A stretch of 64,000 nucleotides of DNA from Octopus vulgaris. Taxonomy: Eukaryota. Of this stretch, positions 14,006 to 27,685 are shown piece after piece. Position 1 is the stretch's first letter, and every line of letters starts with the position of its first letter. The notes under the pieces are model-generated. The model did not search any database. It was not told the DNA's origin and saw only the letters and a program-made list of their open reading frames with translations. The stretch spans positions 90,706,001-90,770,000 of the forward strand of contig OX597817.1 in NCBI GenBank assembly GCA_951406725.2, in the 5' to 3' direction. Both the position numbers and the translations under genes were made by a program.

Positions 14006-14029
14006 AACAGAATATGGATCTTGTCCAAG

Positions 14030-15400
14030 TATTCATTATTTAACAAAGGCCTTTGATACTGTGAATAGGGCCTTACTATGGAAAATACTTGGCAAAATTG
14101 GATGTCTGGATCACTTTGTATCTATAATTAAATCATTTCATGATGAGATGGAGTCTTGGGGACAATGTTGGCAGCAGCATGGCAGAACCCATTCCTGTAG
14201 AGAATGGTGTCAAGCAGGGTGACATCTTTGCCCCAACTCTCTTTTCTTTGTACTTTGCTGCTGCTTTTACTCATGCTTTTGCTAAGGTTAGCTCTCTAGG
14301 AATATCTGTTAGGTATTGATCTTCTGGTCGCCTCTTTAATCTGCACCGATTTGCTGCCGTTTCAAAAGTTTTCAAGTCTCTTATTCATGACCTCCTTTAT
14401 GCAGCTGACTGTGACTTAGTCACTCATACAGTGTATGACATGCAAATACTTATGAATTGTATTTCTGCTTCTTACAAGGCATTTGGACTTAGCTTTAGCC
14501 TGGACAAGACTGTTATAATGTTCTAGCCTGCTCCAGGAAATCCATATGTGGAACTAGCTATCTTGATTGAAGGAACAATACTGAAAGTGGTAGACAAGTT
14601 TGGCTACATGGGCAGCATACTCAGCCGTTCTTGTTCTCTGGATGATGAAATATCTTTCAGGCTGCAGAGAGCAACTGATTCCTTTCTGTCTCTTCAGTCT
14701 CGTGTCTGGTCCCAGTATGGTATCACAAAGCAAAAAAAGATTGCTATGTACCATGCATGTGTACTGACATCACTCTTTTACTCTTGTGAGATATGGACCC
14801 TTTACAAACGTCATGCAAGGGTCCTTGAAAGCTTTCATCAGAGATGTCTGAGACACATTCTGAATGTTGGCTGGACCTTAAAAACTCCAGACACACAGGT
14901 CCTGAGGACAGCTGATATTTTGAGTATTGAGGTGGTGTTGCACAAGCACTGGTTACATTGGACTGGGCACCTTATTAGAATGAAGGATAGCTGGATCCCT
15001 AAACAGATGCTATATGGGGTATTTGTTAGTGGAAAGAAACTCTAGCAGAAACCAAGGCTACAATTTAAGGAATGTGTAAAGTCCTCATTAAAGGCCTATG
15101 ATATGCAAGAGACTGACTAGGAGAGCAATGCCTGTCATCACCACAGATGGAAGAAGCAGTTTAGGGAGGGGGTCGACACCTTTGAGAGAGCCCGCATTCT
15201 GCATGAAGAATTTAAGTGTGCTGCTTGAAAGCACACTGCTAGTGTAGTGAATGGGGAAAGCTTGGTTTGCAATGTTTGCGGTCATGTATGCTTGTCAAGA
15301 GTAGGGCTCATTAGCCACTAATGGAGCCGCAAATGCAAAATATAAGTTAGTCCTAAGGGTCAGAAATGGTCTTCCTTGGTGATGAGTGGACAGCCATCAC
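14030..15400 (+). mobile_element. 5'-truncated RTE (BovB-like) LINE, pseudogenised
   Basis: LTKAFDTVNRALLWKILGKIGC, GVKQG, LLYAADC, LFYSCEIWTLY..LESFHQRCLRHIL, WTGHLIRMKDSWIPKQMLYG, terminal C2H2-like CNVCGHVCLSRVGLISH. Confidence 0.9.
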
Positions 15401-15412
15401 ACATATATATAT

Positions 15413-15627
15413 GTCGCTGCCAGTACCGCCTGATTGGCCCCCGTGCCAGTGGCATGTAAAAGCACCCACTATACTCTGAGAGTGGTTAGCGTTAGAAAGG
15501 GCAGCTGTAGAAACTCTGCCAGATCAAGATTGAAGCCTAGTGCAGCCATCTGGTTTGCCAGCCCTCAGTCAAATCGTCCAACTCATGCTAGCATGGAAAG
15601 CGGATGTTAAACAATGATGATGATGAT
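15413..15627 (+). mobile_element. SINE/LINE-tail family C copy
   Basis: ggcatgtaaaagcacccactatactct...catgctagcatggaaagcggatgttaaacaatgatgatgat. Confidence 0.85.
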
Positions 15628-17283
15628 ACATGGTAGATTTTCTCCAGTTTCTATCTACCAAATTTCGCTGACAAGGTATAGATCAACCCATGGCTAAAGT
15701 AGAGGATGCAGTGTTTGTATAGTGGGAGCTAATTCCAAACATTATGGTTCCAAAGCAAATTTCTGCAATGCCTGTAACTGATACGGTTAATAAATTAGTT
15801 GTAGCAGATGTTAAATGGTGTGACAAGAAGAAATTAAAATTTGGGTAAAAAGATATACAGAATTTGGTGATGGAAGGTAAATAAATAGATTTTATGAAAA
15901 GCTGCTTATAAAAGGTTTCTTCTGCTGAGAGATTGTCTGATTGTGAACAAGGCAAGCTTTTTCTAAGAATTTGCAATAAAATTGTTAAAATAAAATTAAA
16001 GAAAAAAAGAAATAATAAATCATAAAAATATTCATTGATGATGCTTTGTGAAGTATTCAAATACACAGTCCAAGAAACATGTCCTTTTCTATGGCATTTG
16101 GTAGATCTTGTGATATCTGAAATAGTACAAAGTATTTCTTGTCTATTTTTTGTTTTTATTTTGTATATTATTTTTCCTTGTTTTGTATTAATTTTTTTGT
16201 TTTCTGTTTTTTTAATAATAATTTGTTAAATCAGAAAATTCTTAGCTTGAGAGTGTAATAGCAGCATTTAAATGGAACTGAAAAAGCAACCATAATGAGG
16301 GAAATTGCATTTATTCAGATCAAACCAACATATTCACCTCTTAATTCCTTGCTGCAATGACTAACAACAAATGGAATATAGAAAGGCTTGTATCTTTATC
16401 ACCAAAAGTCAAAGAACTTCACATAAAAAGCTATGATGGTGCCGGTTGTTAGGAAATCAATGGAATCTATAGTAATTTCATGAATGAGCCAACAGATGGT
16501 AAACTTTCTAAAGAATTGGTATTGACTGGAATCAAATTCTTCCAATATCATGATTATATTTATTCTAAAATAGTTTGTCTGACAATTCAATGAAATTGAA
16601 TTTTCCATCAATACAATATTGATATGTATTGACAAACCAAAAAGAGTGGGGGTGGGGAGTAAGTAATATTTATGCCTTTCCAAAGAATATCTACAGAGTA
16701 AGTAATAGGAAAGTGACTCGACCAGGAATTGAAACTATGCTGCATAATTAGTTGGCTGCTTCAATATGCCTCCAATACACAGATTAATCTAAGCAGTGTT
16801 AGCTATTTCTTTCTTTGTTACTTAGAGGGTTGTGGACTGGTAGAATAATTAGAGCACTGGAAAAAAGTGCCTTGTAGCATTGCAGAGGCCTTGTGCCTAA
16901 ATTAGAAAGAAAAATCTCTTACTTTATTGAAATTGCTCAGATTTATGAGAAGCAGGATATAAGGTGTTTTTTTATAATTCTTCCAGTGCTATTAACTGTA
17001 TAAATGAACTCAAATAGATTCACATAGGAAGTGATATTTCCACAGGATTTCTCTCACTGGAAGTAGCCAACAGTTATTCCAGGTTGCCTAAACCCACATA
17101 AAAAGAAAAAAAACCAGCGGACACCACAAATTTTCATGTATCAAACACAATAAGGTATGTATAAATACACTCATATAAATATGTATGTGTCTATGCATAC
17201 ATACATATCTATCTATCTATATATACGCACATATATATATTTATTATATATACACACAAACACACACACACACACACAAACAT

Positions 17284-17342
<59 letters not shown>

Positions 17343-17346
<4 letters not shown>

Positions 17347-18180
17347 GTACATAAGGTATTTGAGGACATACAGTTTTTGGGTTATTGCTGCATATTATGC
17401 TAACACTGTATAATCTTTGTTTCAGAGAAAGCAAAAGATCTAAAAGGCTCTTAAACAAACTGAAAAATCCAGCAGAAGAATATTTGATTTGGTTTTTCTC
17501 AAATGAGAAACACTTCAACCAAGATCAAAAAGTTAGCAGAAGAAACGACGGATGGTTATGTGCAGATCCTTCTGAAGTTCCAAGTGTTAAGCATACAAAA
17601 ATTCCTGCAACTGTCATGGTTTTAGGGGTTGTCAGCAATAAAGGACATGTAATGACTCCTTACTTCCTTCCACAAGGCCTTAGAGGTAACTCTGCCACCT
17701 ACATTAAGGTCTTAGAAATAATTATTAAGCCCTGGATAGACAATGTATGCAATGGAAGGCCATATGTGTTTCAGTAAGACTCTGCATGGCTCTAGTAACA
17801 CAGGAATGGATGGCTGAAAATTTTTATGATTGCATAACCCCTAACATTTGGCCTCCTAATTCCCCAGATCTCAATCCATTGGACTATTACATGTGGAGCG
17901 TTGTTGAGAGAGAGAGGTCAATGAACATGCCTATAACACCAAAGATTCTATGAAAGCTGCTATACTCAGAGTAATGTCCAAAATGAACCAGGACCACTTG
18001 ATTCGAGCATGTAGATAATTTAGATCTCATATAAAAGCAGTTATTGAAGCTGAGGGTGACTTTATTGAATAACATTATAGAAAAAAACGTAGCATTTTTT
18101 GATAAATAAAGTTATTATCTATTATTATATATCTGTTTTATCATAACCATAAATCTGTTTTCAAATATCTTACACACCCT

Positions 18181-18181
<1 letters not shown>
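17343..18181 (+). mobile_element. Internally deleted Tc1/mariner-superfamily transposon, maT (DD37D)-like
   Basis: TIRs cagggtacataaggtatttga / tcaaatatcttacacaccctg; transposase motifs FFSNEKHF, VMVLGVVS, YVFQ*DSA, WPPNSPDLNPLDYYMW; N-terminal domain missing, and the D-D spacing cannot be counted because of a deletion. Confidence 0.8.
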
Positions 18182-18224
<43 letters not shown>

Positions 18225-18400
18225 TCAAATCAAATAAATAAACATTAAAATTAACAATAACAAACAAGAGGACATGCACAAGGAATGTATTAATTTGACG
18301 CTCAGTAAAAAGAGAGGGTTTTGAAGTTTTGAGCATAATTCTTCATTGGAAAGGAAAAAGAGAAAGGTCCAAAGAAGGGAAAAAAAAATCACCAACAGCA
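18225..18400 (-). mobile_element. Penelope-like element terminal remnant with a decayed hammerhead motif
   Basis: Minus strand 18349-18326 reads CCAATGA-AG-AATTATG-CTC-AAAAC (compare CUGAUGA..GAAAC), followed by a T-rich tail. Confidence 0.45.
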
Positions 18401-18507
18401 TGTATGTATTGCTAAATTGACTGGAAGTGGAAAGAGATAGAGACAGTGATTTTTGGGGCGCGTGGGTAGGTAGGTCGGTAGGTGGGTAGGTGAGTATGTA
18501 GTTAAAC

Positions 18508-18508
<1 letters not shown>

Positions 18509-18583
<75 letters not shown>
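18509..18583. repeat. (GATA)n microsatellite; (ACAT)n nearby at 18708-18783
   Basis: Direct reading of the sequence. Confidence 0.95.
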
Positions 18584-18705
18584 CAATACAGAAAGCCATA
18601 CAGTGAATAGCTTTCTTACAATTTTGAATATGCATCAAGTTTGTAGTTATACATATCACTGCATGGATCTGTCACCCCATATATATATATATATATATAT
18701 TTATA

Positions 18706-18736
<31 letters not shown>

Positions 18737-19659
18737 CATACATACATACATACATACATACATACATACATACATACATACATGCATATCATCATCATCA
18801 TCATCATCAGCATTTAACATCTGTTTCCCATCCTGGCATGGGTTAGATAGTTTGACTGGAACTGGCAAGCCAGAGGGCTGCACCAAGTTGCAGTCTGATT
18901 TGTGTACACAAACACATATATATGTATGAGCATGTATGCATGTTTGTGTAATTATGTATGTATGTGAGTGTGTCGTTTTATTTCTTTATTCTTTTGTTTT
19001 AATTGTTGTGGTCATTGACTTGGACACCACTTTCAAGGGCTTAGACAATAAATATCAGCCTCAGTTCTTATATAAGTATTAGAACTTTAAAAAAAAGTCT
19101 AGTACTTATACTATCAGTCTTTGACTTAGACTATGGATAACATACCAGCATTGAAAGCAGGCTTAAATGATGAAGATGACGATAATGATGACGACGACGA
19201 TGATGATTATGATATATGTGTGCGTATTGCTATATATATAGGAACTTTATGAATCTAGACTGAAAGAGATTTTTCCAATATCAAATTAATGTAATGAATA
19301 GATATTTCATATTCAGCAATTCAATGTAAAATACTTTTATTCAGAGTAGCAAATTATTTTGAATTTATCTGAAGTACTCAAGGTGAAGAGTTTCCTTGTA
19401 GTTCTCAAACTAAAATACATTGAGAGACAATAACATATAACACACACACAGAGGCATAGGCACATATACAAACACACATGAGGCATACTCACATCCACAC
19501 AAGTACACTTATTTTATATCATCGTCATCACCATCCCTTCTACTGTAATCATAATCTCTAAATTTTCTTCAATATCACTGCCCAGCAGAAAAAGATTACT
19601 TATCTATCACAGGGGGATTGCAACTCAACTTAATGGTAAATAATAATGATAATAATAGT

Positions 19660-20650
<991 letters not shown>

Positions 20651-21387
20651 AATAAATAAAAATAATAATCATGTTGATGCCAAGTGGCAGTTACTTTGCA
20701 CAGGATCTTGTTAACACGTTATGGAACTAAAAATACAACAATCTATTGTGTCTTCTGTGAGACTGTTAGCAGCTTGCCAATAATTTCCAGTTACTTCCTT
20801 ACCATTTATCTCCACCTGATGCATCGATTTATGCATCTCTTATCTCAGCATCATGTCAAGTTAAGTTACAGCAGTTTTATTTTTATATCTATAACTCTTT
20901 CTACTTATTCAATAATTATGATTTACTTATAGACCCTCTTGTTTTGTATTTCTCACTGTCCGATAATAATTTTAGCAGATGATCTGCATTTTCACATCTT
21001 TTTTTGCTTTTTGTTTTTCTTTGCCTCTTCTGTCACCCCTCCCACACCATTGCTACTAACTTGATACTGGTGTCTCTAACGCTAAGTGCATATGAAGAAA
21101 GTAAATTTTTCCCTAGATCAGAATATATGAGTCCATGATGCTAATCATGAAGAAGAGGAGGAAGAAAAATGTTATAGAAAGTAATATTCATGTGTGCATG
21201 TATACAATAAACATATGTGTACAATATACATGTGTGTCAGTGTATGTGTGTGTATGTTTCTGAGTGTGTGTGTGTGTGTGTGCACAGATAGATATTTGCA
21301 TACACGTAAATATATATGCACACAAAAACACTTACACTTACATGCACACACATGTATTGCTCACATAGTAGAATCTGTAACATAATT

Positions 21388-21870
21388 AAAAAGAAATTCC
21401 AGGTGTGGGAGCAAAACCTGGAATTGAAGGGCCTTAAAGTTAATTTAACAAAGACTAAAGTACTAGTAAGCAAGGAAACAGCTACAACTCTATCCACATG
21501 AGGTAAATGGCCTTGATCAATATGTAGAAAAGGTTTAGGCAGAAATCCATAAGAGTACTCAGTTCAAGCTACCAACACACAAATAGTGCAGTGGAATTAC
21601 AGATAGGTAAACAGAGAAAGATGTGTATGTATGTGAAAGATGTACAGGTGACTCAAAGACTGAGGATACTCAGAAAATTGATTTTCTCAAATGTCAAGAG
21701 GCTCCCTAGTGTTGGCAGATAATTTCTGTTACCCAGGTGGCCTAATTAGCAGTGGAGGAGGATGTCCTGAAAGTGTAGTTGCTAGAATAAGAATAGGATG
21801 GAGGAAGTTCAGAGTGCTACTATCTTTGTTGGCTGCAAAGCTCTCCCTCTCAGAGTGAAAGGCAAATTGT
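21388..21870 (+). pseudogene. RTE-type LINE fragment (post-RT, Cys-rich region), left part of an interrupted copy
   Basis: KKFQVWEQNLELKGLKVNLTKTKVLVS..GKWP*SICRKG...RIGWRKF..LL...KGKL; homologous to 53835-54115 and 56000-56850. Confidence 0.8.
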
Positions 21871-22387
21871 ATTACATGGAAAAATGCAAGCATGAAAAGT
21901 AATATTATTAAGATTATAAACCTGAAAAAGTACAGGACAAGTTATTACACCTTTAAAAGTATAGGACAAGCTATTCTAGTAAAGTAAAGAATAAGAAACT
22001 TTTTACTTAAAATATTGCAGCAAAGAATGCCAGTTCTTCTAATTTATCACTCTTAACAATTCTCACCTTTTAAATTTATTGTACAAAACTGTTCAGCTAA
22101 TTTGTAAGTTTGTCTAATTAGTCACTTTTTTCTGTATTTAAGGTAGTAAATTAGCCAAATTCTACTTACATAAGTATAGTGTTAGTTGTAAACTATAACA
22201 AAATAAATTTTAATATTCAAATTTTAATTTTAGCTGCAATATTTTAAGTAAAAAGTTTCTTATTCTTTACTTTACTAGAAGTAATAGTTTGTCCTATACT
22301 TTTACAGCTGTAATAACTTGTCCTGTACTTTTCCAGGTTTATAATCTTAAGAATATTACTTTTCATGCTCGCATTTTTCCATGTAAT
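21871..22387. repeat. Long inverted repeat (~150-bp arms, ~210-bp spacer)
   Basis: 21871-22021 (attacatggaaaaatgc...aatattgcagc) is the reverse complement of 22233-22387 (gctgcaatatt...gcatttttccatgtaat) with few mismatches. Confidence 0.9.
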
Positions 22388-23927
22388 CCATGACTTTTCC
22401 AAGCATTGCTGTTATAAGATAATTAATAATGTATCAATTGATAATTTAAGATTTTACCTTACAAAATACTGAAAGATAATATTTCAATTTTTTGATGTAA
22501 TTGATGATAATATTTCGATTTTTTCCTATTTAATTTAAATATATGTTGTGATTGAATTATATGATATTACCCATCCACACCTAATTCATGGTAGGGATTT
22601 TTACCATGTTGTTGGTTGAATCATGGCTCACCAAAAGTTACAAATAACAAGACTCCAAAAGCATCAGTTACCAGGCTCACCGTAAGTAACCTAATTTTGC
22701 AATATTAGGAAGTCACAGGAACTCATTCAATGAAAATGAAAAATTCCAATGATTCTGAGATTGGTAGGGCAAACTCCCATCTCAAATTTTCTGAACAAAA
22801 AGAAGGGATTTGCAGCATATTAGGAGGTCAGGGTACTTGATTCCACGCAAAAAATCAAATTTTTTGTTATTTTTCTTTGTGAAAATTGTGTGGGTGTTAA
22901 TATAGAAATTTACTATAATGTTGTTGTTATTTAGCCTCAAATCAACCCAGCCTTCAGCAAACCATCTTTTTAGGGATAATCTAGGACATTACATACAATG
23001 GGCATGTGATTTAGGTAGGGGGATACTTTGGCTGCTATTTTTAGCATGTCGAGTAACCAGGTAGAGGCTCTTTCATTGGTTCGATTGTGTGAGAAGATTT
23101 TTTTATTCATATATGTAATATGTATATATATCATCGGCAGAAGTTAGAGAGTAAGTCAAAAGCTGAGTGTTTCGTGTATTGGCACTTATCAAACACAAAT
23201 TTGTCCATTGTCACTCTGTAACTTCTGACGAAATAACTTCTAAAATACAAAATTTTGTCACAAACGTTAGGAGTAGACCCTGTTCTATATGACACAATCT
23301 ACCAGTATGGGAAGTTTGAAAGTGTTTAGCTACAAAATTTAATTAAATAACTTGTACGGCAAAGTTGACCTCGGCAAAATTTGAAATCAAAACATAAAGA
23401 CAGATGAAATACCGCTAAGCATTTTGCCTGGCATGCTAATGTTTCTGCCAGCTCACCATGTTAGAATGTAAACATTCATTTTAGAAATATATTCTTTATT
23501 CTTATTGCTTAAGCATTAATCCCTTACTTCCTTACATAAAATTTCATAATATTTTACTTTATAACTGATTTTCTACTAATTTTTCTTCAATGCAACTAAC
23601 GATTCAGAATTCCTCATGCATTTTACTATCAATTAAGTCCAAGAAAAGTATACTTTTGATTTAAAATTAAAAAATTTATGTTAATTGAAGATGAATATCT
23701 GCCTTACTGCCCCCCCTTGAGGTCGCAGATATTTTGATGTAACTTTTTTCTGCTGAACCAAATCTCAAACTATTTATGCCAAAGTGTAGCTGAGGGGACG
23801 TCCTCTTTAAAACTAGTAACAGTTTGCAATTTGGTTGAGAACTGAATTACTGGTGAAGCTTAGAAGCTGCTGCAATTGACGAAATGGTGGACTTATGAAT
23901 ATATTCAACCACGGTAGTGGTTGAATG

Positions 23928-24255
23928 ATAATGCTTGAGTACATACAGCAAAACTACATGGTAATGAGTCATGGGTCCTGAATGTAGAGGACATGCAAAA
24001 ACGAGAGAGGAACAAAGCTAATTGGATGTGAAGTATAAGTATACCTGTATGATAAAGTGCTTATGTATTGAGAGAAAAGTTATGCATAAAAGAAATCAAG
24101 TGTAGTGTGCAAGAGAGAAGACCGTGCTGGTTTGCTCCTGTGATGTATATGGATGAGGATAGTTGCATAAAGAAGTGAGGAACTTGTGGAAGAAGGAGAC
24201 CCAGATAGACATGGGACAGAATAGTGAAGGCTGATAAGATACTGAGCCTTATGAA
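23928..24255 (+). pseudogene. RTE-type LINE fragment, right part of the interrupted copy
   Basis: aatgcttgagtacatacagcaaaactacatggtaatgagtcatgg continues the 21388-21870 sequence; later agaaggagacccagatagacatgg (GRP..TW-like). Confidence 0.7.
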
Positions 24256-24593
24256 GGTGTTTCGCTGTCCATTATAACAAAACTGTTATCTCAAATCACT
24301 CTCTTATGCTTAGACATGCGGGAGGGGTGAAGATGGGGGTGGTAGCACTCCCCCCTTCTTACTTTTTTCTTGCACTGTCCATAACCTCTCTTATGCTCAC
24401 CCTCTTGTATCTTAACAGTTTGCTCTAGCGCCCCATCACTTCCTTTCTTTTATTTTCTTCAGCCATGTATCATCTGTAGCCGCAAGATACATGTGCTTGT
24501 CACTCATACTTTAGCCTCTCGACATAAGGCATAAAGCCACCCACTTCCACCTTCCCCTCTCAAATACTTTTCCTCTTTTCCTGTCTTGTAGTA

Positions 24594-24905
24594 AAGGTGC
24601 ATGACTTAGTGGTTAGGGTATTCAGCTCACAATCATGAGTCCAATTCCTGGTACATATTGTGTCCTTGAGCAAGATACTTTATTTCACACTTTCAGTCCA
24701 CTCAGCTGGCAAAAATGTTTAGTACTTGTATTTCAAAGGGCCAGCCTTGTCACATTCTGCATCACACTGAATCTCTCTGAGAACTAACTAAGGGGTACAT
24801 GTGTTAGTGGAGAGCTCAGTCATTTGCACATTAATTTCACAAGCAGGCTGTTCTGTTGATCGGATCAACTGGAACCCTCATTGTCGTAACTGACAGAGTG
24901 CCAGT
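24594..24905 (+). mobile_element. tRNA-derived SINE (family E)
   Basis: Head tgacttagtggttaggg, then gtgtccttgagcaagatactttatttcac; a related head lies at 46708-46830. Confidence 0.65.
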
Positions 24906-25307
24906 TTTTCTGTCTTGCAAGTTACACAGCAGCTTCACAACTGCCAGGAGCATGGAAAAAGCACCCAGTAAAGTGGCTGGTGTTAAAAAAAAATATCCAG
25001 CCTTAGAAACTATGTCAAAGCTGATATTGGAGATTGACATGGCCTTACCGCTTGCCAGATCCTGTTAAGCTGTCCAACCCATGCCAGCATGCAAAACAAA
25101 TGTTAAATGATGATGATGATGATGCAATGGGATTTTTTCTGCTTCCACCTATCAAATCTACTTACAAGGCTTTTGGTCTGAGCTTATAGCAAAAGACAAT
25201 CGCTCAAGGAACCACACAATGGGAATGAACCCCAAATCATGTGGTTGGGAAGCAAACTTAACAACACATCCATGCTTGTCCTTATACATACATATATACA
25301 TGCAACT

Positions 25308-26225
25308 TACTTTGAAGGACATACATTTGCAATCCAGGAACAGGAAATATCAACCAAATATCTGATGTACAAAAGGAACAGAGACTCAGGGAAAACACCA
25401 AAATGTGATAACTGATGCAGACTTTGTGGAGTTATGACTGAAGATATTACCCACATTATAAGCAGTTGTTCAAAAATTTCATTGTAGTATTATCTACCGA
25501 TGAGACATGATGCTGTAGCCAGGACACTGTATAATAAGACCTGTCAGGATAACCCTATGGCCAAAGAAATAAGAACTCACAATATTGTAGAGGACATTAC
25601 CACTCATAATAAGAAAGAGTACTGGTGGAATGTTCCAGTGCAAGCCTCAGAAAAATGTAAATATAATAGACCTGACACAGTGATTTGGGACAAAGAAGAG
25701 AAACTATGTACAGTAGTGGAAATCAGCTATCCAGCAGATTCTAGCATAAAGCTAAAGATCAGCATAAAAAAAAATACCTATGGTGAACTATTGAGAAATC
25801 TGCAGTTACTCTTCCCAAATTGCAAGTTCATATTTATACTTGTAATTATTAGGGCACAGGGATACGTAACATGCTGCCTAAGTACCAGTCTTGAGAAATT
25901 TGGCTTCACAAAACCCGAAAGGAGAAGGTTGATTCAAACACTACAGATCCAAGCCATCACTGGAACTGTAAAAATTTGTAAAACTTTTCAGAAGTTTATC
26001 ATTTAAGTGTATATATGCATGTCTAGCCATGAGAATACACACATAAAACAAAACATATAAAATCTGCACATGCACGGACTCCAAATACTGCACATATACA
26101 TATATACATGCTAAAATACCCTGTTGATGTTGTTGAAATTCCAATGAAGGAATCTTGGATCTAGCTTAGAAACCAGCTCTTTCTCTATTGGCAAGAAATC
26201 TTGAATAAAACTGAATAATGACTAA
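25308..26225 (+). mobile_element. 5'-truncated RLE-type (R4/Dong-related) LINE 3' end, GTVKICK[TS]F subfamily
   Basis: EG..FAIQEQEISTK, CRLC..TEDITHIISSC, MRHDAVA, KYNRPDTVIWD..VVEISYP, K..TYGEL, GTVKICKTFQKF*, then a 3' UTR ending in (ACAT)n. Confidence 0.88.
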
Positions 26226-26519
26226 CTGACTAACATACATACATACATACATACATACATACAGGCATGTATGCATACATGCATAATTATGGATGTACAT
26301 TCATGTATGTGTAAGAGTTATGTAAGCTGTGTACAGAGATGCTGTCAGCAATGCAATATTTGACAAATAATTCAACAAGGAATTTAACATGCAGATAAGT
26401 GTCTATCAAGTCTTGGATCTCAGCCCACTTCAGTTTATTATTATTCCCGAAGCCATAATAGAGGAATATAAGACTTTCTGGCCATGCCAAATTCTGGATG
26501 TTCTCATACCTGAATATGT

Positions 26520-26990
26520 CAAAGATTTAGAGAAGAAATTCCAGATCTAGAAGCAAAGCCTCAAATCAGAAGGCCTCAAAAATGTAAATCAAATGCAGAC
26601 AAAAGTTTTAATTAACAGGTAAAGAAGGCAAGATTCTACTGCCATCTGTGAAATGGTTACACTCAGTATGCAGGAAAGTGGATAGGAATTCATATGGGAT
26701 ATCCAATCTAAACAAAATGTGTATGAAGATATAATGGAATCATAGACAAGTTGACAGAAAGAAGACTTTTATGTGAAAGTTGTACAAGTGTAATTAGCAC
26801 AATTAGCACTAACAGCAATTGTGAAATGAATTTCAAATACTAAGAAGGTTCAACTGAAGTAGTTGGAAGCTTCCTTGACATAGATAATCTAATTAGCAAC
26901 AGAGGAGAGTGTTCTGAAAGTTCAAGGAATTCAACTGGTAAGAAAGAGACTTTCTCTGTTAATGAAGGGGTAGAACATATGATGTTAGTG
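26520..26990 (+). pseudogene. Degraded RTE-type LINE fragment
   Basis: ttagagaagaaattccagatctagaagcaaagcctcaaatcagaaggcctc matches the LEEKFQAWKQGLESKGL region of 53835-54115. Confidence 0.6.
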
Positions 26991-27471
26991 CAGGGAGGCT
27001 CCTGCTGAGTTTTGAACCATTACTCTCAAATTTTCCTTGCTCAGGACCATGTCATACCACCATTAAAGGCAATGTGTTACCATAAAAAGCATTATTACCC
27101 ATACAAATACAGCTTGGCCAATCAACATCAATTGTTATGGCTGATGCAGTGAACTTCAAAGGCAGTATGCAAATTTTCCTATCAAATAGCTTGAATAAAG
27201 CTTCTGGAAACTTTTACTTACAGTTATAAAAACTGCCAAATTCAATATGAGACAAGAATCACTAGACAGTTCACACAAAACTATGTTGTTTTGCTCACTG
27301 AGTTGATCTCTCACCCACTTTCACTTTTTCGTACTTAACAAACTGGTGTTGTGTTTGACAAAAGGTAACAAACTTGAATCGTAGTCAAATAACACACACC
27401 TTGTTCATATGCAGTAGTTACAACTCTAACTATTTCTGTCTGCAGTAACTATGAACTATTTTCATAATATT

Positions 27472-27685
27472 AGCTTCAAATTTTGGCACAAGGCCAGCAA
27501 GTTTGGAGGAGGGTGTAAGTTGATTGCATTGACCCCAGTGCTTGACTGGTACATATTTTACTGACCCTGAAATGTTGAAAGGAAAAGTCGACCTCAGCGG
27601 AATTTGAACTCTGAACATAAGGATGGACAAAATGCTGCTAAGAATTTTGCTCAGCATGTGAATGATTCTACCAGCTCACCACCTT
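27472..27685 (-). mobile_element. SINE family B copy
   Basis: Conserved family B motifs. Confidence 0.85.

Noticed and set aside
16319-16498. Candidate exon (ttattcag...atg|gtaaac) with a protein-like stretch MTNNKWNIERLVSLSPKVKELHIKSYDGAGC
   Set aside because: Stops in all three frames and no recognisable homology.
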